A DNA stretch of 35,571 bases. Origin: an uncultured Chitinophaga sp. Its GTDB lineage: Bacteria > Bacteroidota > Bacteroidia > Chitinophagales > LD1. Within the stretch, counting starts at the first letter, position 1. Each line of letters opens with the position of its first letter. The translations under genes were made by a program, and so were the position numbers. The notes beneath the pieces were generated by a model, which was not told where the DNA came from, searched no databases, and saw nothing but the letters and a program-made list of their open reading frames with translations. The stretch spans positions 2,356 to 37,926 of the forward strand of contig CAYQRR010000001.1 of the NCBI GenBank assembly GCA_964419635.1, in the 5' to 3' direction. Positions 19,290 through 27,000 of this stretch are shown one piece after another.

Positions 19290-19897
19290 TGGTAACAAGA
19301 ATAACAGCAATTCAAAATCTTGAAAAATACATCGGACAAGATTTATCTGTATATGCAAAACAGTTTGGCATAACAACATACAGGGACGGGAAACAAAATA
19401 AAGGTTGGAAAGGGCAAACACTAAATATGCTGTCAGGCGTTGGAATTGATAATAGGCAAGCTCCAAACGGTCTCGGGTTTGAGTTAAAGTCTACAGCATT
19501 CCACCAGGTGAAAGGTGAATGGAGAGCAAAAGAAACATTTGCAATTACCATGATCGATCCAGATAATCTTATTAATACTCCCTTTTTCAAAAGTCATTGT
19601 TGGGACAAACTAAAATCTCTTGTTTTTTGCGCGGTAACATGGTATGGAAAACACAATGTAAAATCAGAATTGATAAAGATTCAGTCATTTGATTTTTTAA
19701 AAAGCGATACACTGATTTATGAAATTGAAGAGGACTATGAATTTATACGAAACAAACTTGCAACGAAGGGCTTTTCTGCATTGACTGGCAAAGACGGTAA
19801 ATGGATACAAGCCCGAACCAAAGGTGCAGGACACGGTTCAACTAGCAGGGCATTTTACGCACGAAAAGATTTGATAAAAGAAATCATCAAACTCTGA
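19286..19897 (+). CDS. MutH/Sau3AI-family type II restriction endonuclease (likely GATC-type)
   Basis: By eye it aligns to E. coli MutH in three places: NKGWKGQTLNMLSG vs DKGWIGVLLEIWLG, GLGFELKS vs ALGVELKT (the E-x-K of PD-(D/E)XK), and GKWIQARTKGAGHG...RAFYARKD vs GEYLQIRPKAANAK...RGFYLKKN. Its ATG at 19286 overlaps the methyltransferase stop (ATGA). Confidence 0.75.
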   Translation: MMVTRITAIQNLEKYIGQDLSVYAKQFGITTYRDGKQNKGWKGQTLNMLSGVGIDNRQAPNGLGFELKSTAFHQVKGEWRAKETFAITMIDPDNLINTPFFKSHCWDKLKSLVFCAVTWYGKHNVKSELIKIQSFDFLKSDTLIYEIEEDYEFIRNKLATKGFSALTGKDGKWIQARTKGAGHGSTSRAFYARKDLIKEIIKL

Positions 19898-20047
19898 CGA
19901 GTTAAAGAATGCATTTGTTTACTCTTTCTTAAACTAATCCCCCCCCTCCGTCATTTTTCTGTCATTTTTTGCTGCGGGTATTGATAGATAGGCCCGGGTT
20001 TGCCTCCTTAGCGCAAACCTACAATCTGTGATACTACATCGCCCCGC

Positions 20048-20794
20048 TTACTTACACCCTGCCTTACGCATTAGTTCCAGTGCACGGCCCGTAACCGCAT
20101 GCTGCTGATAACCGGCTTTTATCAGGTAGCCTTTTTTCCGCAGGTTCATCATCAGCTTGGCTAGTCCGCCCAGCGAATATCCGGTGAGCTTGCGCAGCTG
20201 CGCATAGCTGCCCGGCAGTTCATTATAGGAATGCAGCAACACTTTGGATGCCGCCAGGGTGGTATCGTTCTTCCAACCACCAAAACCCGCTGCATACAGT
20301 TGAGATGCCAGGTGATAAACATTCTCATTACTAAAAGGCAGTTGTTTCGGTAAGGTGCCGGTTTCGTTACTGGCTGCCTCCTGCTGCTGCGGATCGGGCT
20401 GCGTATCTTGCATTGCTGTCACCGGGGATACCGATAGGGAATGTTGCGGCTGTTTTACTGTCTGTGGAGTTTCCGATAAGGAATAGATAGACTGTTTTGT
20501 TGTCATCTGGGTTTCTGATGGGGAATGAGTAAGCTGTTTTACTGTCTGTGGAGTTTCCGATGGGGAATGAAGCGATTGCTTTACTGTCATCTGAGTTTCC
20601 GATAAGGAATGAATAGACTGTTTTGTTGTTATTGGAGTTTCCGGTAGGGAATGAAATTGGTTTCCCGACTCTAACTGTTGCCTCAAAAGGCTGTTTTGGG
20701 CCTTTAGCGCTTCATTTTGTTCCAACAAAGCGTCCAAAACCTTGCGCAGCAGACCTATCTCGGACTTCCAATCAGATTCATCGGGGGTGCTCAT
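20048..20794 (-). CDS. Hypothetical protein: N-terminal coiled coil, 6 x 14-aa tandem repeats, C-terminal winged-helix-like domain
   Basis: The ATG at 20794 gives MSTPDESDWKSEIGLLRKVLDALLEQNEALKAQNSLLRQQLE (heptad-like). The repeats are HSLPETPITTKQSI, HSLSETQMTVKQSL, HSPSETPQTVKQLT, HSPSETQMTTKQSI, YSLSETPQTVKQPQ and HSLSVSPVTAMQDT. The C-terminal SYAQLRKLTGYSLGGLAKLMMNLRKKGYLIK looks like an HTH or wHTH. Confidence 0.65.
   Translation of the reverse strand: MSTPDESDWKSEIGLLRKVLDALLEQNEALKAQNSLLRQQLESGNQFHSLPETPITTKQSIHSLSETQMTVKQSLHSPSETPQTVKQLTHSPSETQMTTKQSIYSLSETPQTVKQPQHSLSVSPVTAMQDTQPDPQQQEAASNETGTLPKQLPFSNENVYHLASQLYAAGFGGWKNDTTLAASKVLLHSYNELPGSYAQLRKLTGYSLGGLAKLMMNLRKKGYLIKAGYQQHAVTGRALELMRKAGCK
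20402..20653 (-). repeat. Six in-frame 42-bp tandem repeats
   Basis: The core GAGTTTCCGAT(A/G)(A/G)GGAATG recurs every 42 bp at about 20467, 20509, 20551, 20593 and 20635, with a degenerate copy at about 20426. There is no unique spacer between units. Confidence 0.85.
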
Positions 20795-20810
20795 GGCGGT
20801 ATGTTTTACC

Positions 20811-20818
20811 CAAAGGTA
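20811..20818 (-). promoter_or_regulatory. -7 promoter box for the repeat-protein gene
   Basis: The minus strand reads TACCTTTG, an exact TAnnTTTG match, ending 16 nt upstream of the ATG at 20794. Confidence 0.4.
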
Positions 20819-20878
20819 TAAAATATGCCGCATCGCAGGCAGCGGGCTTTTTATGTTTGGTAGCCGGAGGTGTGGGCC

Positions 20879-23074
20879 TTACAGCACCAGCAGTCCTTCT
20901 TCCTGCAGTATTTGCCAAACGGGGCTGCCGGTCAGGGTTTCAAAGGGCCGCTGCAGGCTTTCTTCATAATCCTGTTTGGCATCCTGATAGGTCACCTGTA
21001 CCGGAGGGGGCATCCGCAGGGTGGTGAGGAGGCCCAGCACCCAATGTGCCGTTTCGGTTTCCAGGGTCAGGTAGCGGTTACCCAGCCGCCCCACGATGGT
21101 TATTTCGGTTTCCGGCCTTTTCTTCTTCAGCGACTGCTTGCTGCGCTGCAGCAGCGGCACCCCGCCCAGCCACACCAGGCGCGAGCTCATTTTAATATTG
21201 GTCCGCAGGCCTTCTTCCAGGCAGCAGGCGATGTAATCGGGGGCAATGGAGGGTTCCGGAATTTCAAAATCAAACCACTGTTGCAAAGGTTCCTCGTAGC
21301 CCGAGCCGTGCATAAAGTTAAAGAGCGAAATGCGCAGGCCTTCGGCAAAGCGGTCGTGGTCGGCCCCCGAGGGGTCTTCGTGATACAAATCGTTATCGGC
21401 AAAGCCGCCAAACTGCGGCCCCACGCGCGCCACCTTAAATTTTTGGGGATCCAGGCCCACGGGGCTATGGGCCGTCATGGCAAAGCGATGCCAGAAGCCC
21501 GATTGCAGCACCCCTTCTTCATACAGCTGCCGCACCATTTCCAGCGAGTCTACGGTTTCCTGCTCGGTTTGGGTCGGGAAGCCATACATCAGGTAGGCAT
21601 GCACCATAATACCTGCCGAGGTAAAAGCATCGGCCACCTGCGCCACCTTGGCCACGGTTACGCCCTTCTTCATCCTCTCCAGCAGCCGGTCGCTGGCCAC
21701 CTCCAGTCCGCCCGCCACGGCTATGCAGCCGCTGGCTTTCAGCAGCCGCGCCAGGTCGTGGGTAAAGGCCCGCTCAAAACGGATATTGGTCCACCAGGTA
21801 ATCACCATTTTTCTGCGGAGGATTTCCAGGGCCAGCTCGCGCAGCAAAAGAGGCGGGGCGGCCTCGTCCACAAAATGAAAACCCGTTTGCCCGGTTTGCG
21901 CCACGATGGTTTCCATGCGGTCGCAGAGCAGCGAGGCCGTGAGGGGTTCGTAGCGTTTGATGTAATCCAGCGATATATCGCAGAAGCTGCATTTGCCCCA
22001 GTAGCAGCCGTGAGCCAGCGTGAGCTTGTTCCAGCGCCCATCGCTCCAGAGGCGGTGCATGGGATTCACCACTTCAATCACCGACACGTATTGGTCGAGC
22101 GGCAAATCGCTGTAGTCGGGCGTGCCCGTATCTTTCATGGGCACATCGGGCTCGGTGGCTCCATTGGCATACACCACCTGCTGCTGCTGCCGCCAAAACA
22201 CGCGCTTCATGTTTTCGGCCGGGCGCTGGCCGTCCAGGTATTCCAGCAGCGAAAGCAGCGAGGCCTCGCCATCGTCCAGGCACACAAAATCAATAAAATC
22301 GAATACCCGCGGGTCGGCCAGGCTGCGCAGTTCGGTGTTGGCATAGCCCCCGCCCAGGGCTATTTTAAGGGCGGGATGTTTTTCTTTGATATAGCGCCCG
22401 CACTGCAGGGCGGCCAGCAAATTGCCCGGAAACGGCACCGACAGGCACACCAGCTCCGGCCGGGCGAGCTGTATTTTTTCTTCCAGTTTTTCTTCCAGCA
22501 GGTGGCCGAGCAGGGTAGCGGGCTGCCGGAGGGCTTCCAGCAAATCGTCAAAGTGCGTAGCCGTGCGCCCCAGCCGCTCGGCATAGCGGCTAAAGCCAAA
22601 ATGCGGGTCGGTGGTTTCTTTTATCAGGTCGCCCAAATCTTCGAGATACAAGGTGGCCAGGTGCCGCGCTTTATCTTGCAGGCCCATGGTGCCAAAAGCC
22701 CACTCCAGGTCTTCCAGCTGCTGAAACCGCGAGGCCTCGGGCAAAAAACTGCGGTCGCAAATGGCGTGCGCCAGCGTAGGATTTTTGTTTTGCAAAAAAC
22801 GCATCACCGGCTCCACCGTGCGGAGGTAATCGCCCCGCAGCTTATACATGCGGTAGGCGTTGGGGCTCAGGGTCAATTCTTTTTGGCCCAGCGAATCAAA
22901 TAAAACAGAGAGCCCCTGCTGCGAAAAAAGTTCCAGAATCACTTCAATGCCCAAATCGGCCTGATAGCTCGCTATCTGCCGGGTGTTCAAAAAACCCTTG
23001 AGATAAGCCGTAGCCGGATACGGAGTATTGAGCTGCGTAAACGGAGGAGTAATAAAAAGTATTTTGGAATCCAC
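20879..23074 (-). CDS. B12-binding-domain radical SAM protein (about 730 aa)
   Basis: The N-terminal KILFITPPFTQLNTPYPATAYLKGFL and LVCLSVPFPGNLLAALQCGRYIKEKHPALKIALGGGY resemble the cobalamin-binding domain of class B rSAM enzymes. The cysteine triad is HGCYWGKCSFCD (21977-22012). No in-frame ATG lies near the N-terminus, so the candidates are GTG 23074 (used here), TTG 23080 and TTG 23125 (ORF track). The 23125 start sits inside the terminator of the upstream gene. Confidence 0.8.
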   Translation of the reverse strand: MDSKILFITPPFTQLNTPYPATAYLKGFLNTRQIASYQADLGIEVILELFSQQGLSVLFDSLGQKELTLSPNAYRMYKLRGDYLRTVEPVMRFLQNKNPTLAHAICDRSFLPEASRFQQLEDLEWAFGTMGLQDKARHLATLYLEDLGDLIKETTDPHFGFSRYAERLGRTATHFDDLLEALRQPATLLGHLLEEKLEEKIQLARPELVCLSVPFPGNLLAALQCGRYIKEKHPALKIALGGGYANTELRSLADPRVFDFIDFVCLDDGEASLLSLLEYLDGQRPAENMKRVFWRQQQQVVYANGATEPDVPMKDTGTPDYSDLPLDQYVSVIEVVNPMHRLWSDGRWNKLTLAHGCYWGKCSFCDISLDYIKRYEPLTASLLCDRMETIVAQTGQTGFHFVDEAAPPLLLRELALEILRRKMVITWWTNIRFERAFTHDLARLLKASGCIAVAGGLEVASDRLLERMKKGVTVAKVAQVADAFTSAGIMVHAYLMYGFPTQTEQETVDSLEMVRQLYEEGVLQSGFWHRFAMTAHSPVGLDPQKFKVARVGPQFGGFADNDLYHEDPSGADHDRFAEGLRISLFNFMHGSGYEEPLQQWFDFEIPEPSIAPDYIACCLEEGLRTNIKMSSRLVWLGGVPLLQRSKQSLKKKRPETEITIVGRLGNRYLTLETETAHWVLGLLTTLRMPPPVQVTYQDAKQDYEESLQRPFETLTGSPVWQILQEEGLLVL

Positions 23075-23123
23075 GGGCAAATGCTTTGTTACAATGATAA
23101 GGACAAAGAGCGGTATTAAAAGC

Positions 23124-23155
23124 AAAAAGCCGATTCACGCAGGTGAATCGGCTTT
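23124..23155 (-). terminator. Intrinsic terminator of the DUF4397 gene
   Basis: The minus strand reads AAAGCCGATTCAC-CTGC-GTGAATCGGCTTTTT. This is a 10-bp GC-containing stem (13 bp with A-U extension), a 4-nt loop and a T5 tract, 20 nt after the stop at 23175. Confidence 0.8.
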
Positions 23156-23174
23156 CGGCAAGAAAAGGAATCAA

Positions 23175-23852
23175 TTACTTGTTCACAATAATTTCGGCTC
23201 CCAGGGCTTGTGCACCGGCACCGGTCAGGAAACCTTTGGCAAACACGGTGTAAATTTTACCGGCTTCCAGCGTAATAGGGTCCAAATCCAGGGCCACCGT
23301 AGAGGTGCCGGCTACGCGCACTTCCAGATCATAGCTGCCCGCATCCAGTGGGGTAAAGGCGGTATATTCTTTAAATGCTTTGTTGCCAAATACCACTGCA
23401 CCACCATCCACCGCTACGTCCACAGCCGGTGCATTGGGCGACAGGTGCACAAAACGCACGTGTGCTTTTCCGGCAGCCGGTGCCGTTAAATCATCGGCCA
23501 GTACCACTGCCGAAATTTTAGATACCGAGTCTACTGCAAATACGCTGTAGTTTTTGTCGGCCTCCAGGGTAAGGTCGGCATTAATGACGGTGGTGGAAGT
23601 TCCGCTCACGTTTACTTTAATATTGCGGGCACCTGATTCTACCTGCAAATAACCGGTATTGCTTGGGAAACTCAGCGCTGCGCTGTTTTGCTTGCTGCCG
23701 TCTACCAGCAGGTCCACTCCCGGTGCATCAGGCGATGCATGGGCTACTAATACGTTTGCATAGGTTTTGTCTGCTTCTTTTTCGCACGAAGACATAGTGA
23801 ATACGGCTGCCATCAACAAAGCCGGGGCAAAGGCTAAAAACTGCTTTTTCAT
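23175..23852 (-). CDS. DUF4397-domain lipoprotein
   Basis: The ATG at 23852 gives MKKQFLAFAPALLMAAVFTMSSC (lipobox). The duplicated blocks HASPDAPGVDLLVDG and HLSPNAPAVDVAVDG are typical of DUF4397. Confidence 0.8.
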   Translation of the reverse strand: MKKQFLAFAPALLMAAVFTMSSCEKEADKTYANVLVAHASPDAPGVDLLVDGSKQNSAALSFPSNTGYLQVESGARNIKVNVSGTSTTVINADLTLEADKNYSVFAVDSVSKISAVVLADDLTAPAAGKAHVRFVHLSPNAPAVDVAVDGGAVVFGNKAFKEYTAFTPLDAGSYDLEVRVAGTSTVALDLDPITLEAGKIYTVFAKGFLTGAGAQALGAEIIVNK

Positions 23853-24053
23853 TGTTTTACTGATTTTTTTGTGATTGAACACAGTTAAAACACAGGCACT
23901 TGCGTTTTGTTTAAGATTTATGCTAAAAAAGTTAAACAAAAGGTTTTTTGCGTTCTATCCGCCCCGTACGCGCCAGGTTTATTGCAAAAAAAATGGCAAT
24001 GGAAAAACCAACACCAGCCAGGCTGATTTGGAAAAATGAAAGGGAAAGGCCGA

Positions 24054-27000
24054 TTAGTTCGCTCTAAAACTTACCATCAGCCAATCGGTGCCGTTCCATA
24101 TAAAATGGGCTACATCATTGACCCCCATCGTTACCGCAGCACCACACTGCACATTGCTGGTGCCCTCTAAAAACTCGATGGAACCCGCAGTGCATTCTAT
24201 ATAGAGCAATTGACCGGTGGCGAGTCCGTTGCTTAGTACAACCGTGCGGTCAGTACCCAGCGTACCGCCAGTTTGGTTGATACGGATATAACTTTCGTTG
24301 TCAATAGTCACCGGAAAATTGTCGGTAGTGGCTGTAAAGGTAGTCGCTCTGGGTGCTATGGCCGCGCCACCGTCTACATGCAGTTTTACCGCGGGCAGAT
24401 TATTATTGATACCTACATTACCGCTTCGGTTTATATAGAGGCGATCATCGAGTGTGCCTGAGCCATTCTGGGTATAGAAAACAATTCTGGATGGAACGAT
24501 ACCCGGGGTAATGGTGCTGTCTACCTCCACCGCTATTCTTGCACTTATATCCCAGTCGGTGCCTTCGTGGCCCCAAAAATCAAGTCTGCCCAGAGTGCCG
24601 CCTACCGTAAAAACAGATGTTGGACTGGCCAGATTACCTCCGCTTCGCTGAAAAGTAAAGGTCGGGTCATTAGGTCCTTGATATCGAAATAACAAATTAT
24701 CCAGCGTGCCTTCGGACGCAATTTCAAACCTGGTACCGACTAATGTTTTACCAACCGCTGTTACCCCAATGCCTACCTGTGGGCGGCCCACCGTATCGCC
24801 CAATATAATAGTGTTGGAGGCACTTACCCTGGCCAGGTAACCAATCGCTGTAGCAGCATTCAGGTTATTGACCAATACATCGGCACTATCGCCTAGGAGG
24901 GTGTTGCGATAGCCGCTGTTATTAGTGAATCCGGCTTTATGACCCAGTGCGGTATTGCCATAGTTAGTCGTAGAGTTGAGTGCATAAGCGCCAATGCCGG
25001 TGTTGCTGTTGCCGGTACTGTTACTTACTAATACCGATAGACCCATGGCCACGTTTTCGGAACCGGTGGTATTACCTTGCATGGTTTGAATACCCATAGC
25101 GGTATTGCTGTTGCCGGTGGTGTTGTTTTCCAGCGTCCAGGTACCCACGGCCGTATTGCCACCGCCCGTATTGTCTTTCAGGGCCTTGCTGCCCACCGCT
25201 GTATTTCTGAAAGCGGTAGTCACCGATTGCAGTGCCTCAAACCCTACGGCTGTATTGTCGGATGAAGTAGTAGTAGAAAATAATGCCTTAGACCCCACTG
25301 CCACATTGTTTACAGCCTGTGATGCTAAAGTTGCCCCCACCCCGTTATTAAACAAAGCACTATCACCAATAGCTACCAGATTGCTCTTGGTGGTATTGCT
25401 GAACAAAGCCTGTGTGCCCACGGCCACATTGCTGTAGCCGGTGGTATGATTGGTGAGCGCTGCATAACCGATTCCTATATTGTTGCTGCCGGTGTTATTC
25501 TCCAATGCAGAAGTACCTATGGCCGTGTTGCGTGCACCTGTTGTGTTTAGTAAAAGCGCATTGGTTCCAATGGCCGTGTTTTGAGTACCGGTGCTAAAAT
25601 CTCTGCCGGCCCAATAGCCCAAAAAGGCATTGCTGAGCAGCGGGTCCACTCTGCCGCTTTGCTGATTATTTGTTCTGATGGTAAACGGAATGTTATCGGT
25701 AGTGCCTATAAAATTGGTGCCGTCCATGGTGCCGCTGTTACCGGTTAAGTTCCAACTGGTGGGTGCTAATGCCGATCCGTAGGTGGCGTCACTGGAAGCT
25801 GTAACTATCCAACGGCTATCCGTATTAGAATACTGCACGGTAAAGGTACCTCCGGCTTGCACAAAGAGCGTATCGCCACTTCCGGTGGCTATTCGGTTAG
25901 CTGCAGTGGCTGAAAGCGACTCATGAATCACCTGCAGGTTGAATGAAGTAGCATTTTGTAAAGTGATAATTCTGCCGTTTACCCCTCCCGTAATTCCTCC
26001 AACAGAGAAAGGAGCGGTAGGCCCGCTAACCCTGTAAAAGCTGGCGTAATTGGTAGTGGTATTCACAGCTGTATTCAGCCCATTGCTAAGCGTAAGCGCA
26101 TACTGGCGCAAAGCCAGGTCACCATTTACATCCAAAAAGGTATTGGGTACTATGTTGTTTATACCGGTTCTGGCATTCTTCAATGTAACCAAAGCATTAC
26201 TACGGGATACCGCAGCAGTTCCGTTGCCTAACACAAAAAGCGGATCTGTAGTTACCCAGGTAGTTAGGTTAGATGCCCCCAATGTAGTATCGTTATACTG
26301 ACCAAACATGGCGGTGCTATGCTGCCTGGAAGTTAAGTATTGACCATGTGCAAATCCATAGTCGCCCCTTACGGTATTTATTCTCCCGGAAATAAAACCA
26401 AAATCACCAAATTCATCATTGATTAAACCCGTGGCGAAGGCCACATCTCCATAAACTTCATTGCTTGAACCAATTGCACTGGCATGGTTACCGGTAACAG
26501 TATTAGCCACCCCAATAGCAACAGCCCCCGCTACAGAGTTAGTGGGTGTAACGGTATTGTTTGAACCTAAAACCACATTACCACTGCTGCCAATATTTGC
26601 TGTATTGTCCAGCCCCATAACAATAGAGTTACTTGCCAGTGCATTAATGATATTGCCATCTCCCGCTGCAAAACTGTTTGTTCCTGCAGCAATATTATTG
26701 GCGCCAAAAGCGGCAGAGCCTACACCGATATTTACAGCATCCCATTCAGTCCCTGACACTATACCTGCCCTGAAAGCCTGCTTTTGAGGTATCCACATGG
26801 CGCGTGTACCGGCTCCACTGGCCGGAGTAATGCCTGTAACGGTGTTGCCGGTGGCAAGCAAAGCCCCTCCGGTCGTTAAGCGTAATCCCTCTGTGTTGTT
26901 CCTTTTTAAAACAAAATCCTGATTATCGGTTGTGCCGGCAAAATTGGTTCCTGCGGTAGTGCCGCTGTTACCCGCAAGATTCCAGGCATTGGCAGAAGCC

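Larger units (their letters stand above)
18203..20047. other. Low-GC island carrying a type II restriction-modification cassette (putatively horizontally acquired)
   Basis: My spot GC counts are 26/60 at 18421-18480 and 17/60 at 19561-19620. By comparison they are 35/60 at 5001-5060, 29/60 at 9001-9060 and 41/60 at 21001-21060. There is no recombinase gene. Confidence 0.5.

Noticed and set aside
19939-19946. C8 homopolymer as a phase-variation switch for the R-M system
   Set aside because: The tract lies 42 nt downstream of the nuclease stop codon and downstream of the convergent repeat-protein gene. It is not in a coding region or a promoter spacer, so slippage there would not switch either gene.
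19997-20019. Hairpin GGTTTGC-(9 nt)-GCAAACC as a terminator between the nuclease gene and the repeat-protein gene
   Set aside because: The stem is only 7 bp with a 9-nt loop, and no T-run follows on either strand. That is not enough to call an intrinsic terminator.
20402-20653. Regularly spaced repeats that could be mistaken for a CRISPR array
   Set aside because: The units are directly adjacent 42-bp tandem copies with no unique spacers. They stay in frame within an ORF and encode a coherent 14-aa peptide repeat. No cas genes are present in the window.
20870-22903. 677-aa + strand ORF, the longest unannotated ORF in the window
   Set aside because: It lies entirely antisense to the radical SAM gene, which has clear domain motifs. 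Its translation is a low-complexity G/A/H/R/Q/P-rich string with no motif I recognise. This is typical of a stop-poor antisense frame in GC-rich coding DNA (41/60 GC at 21001-21060).
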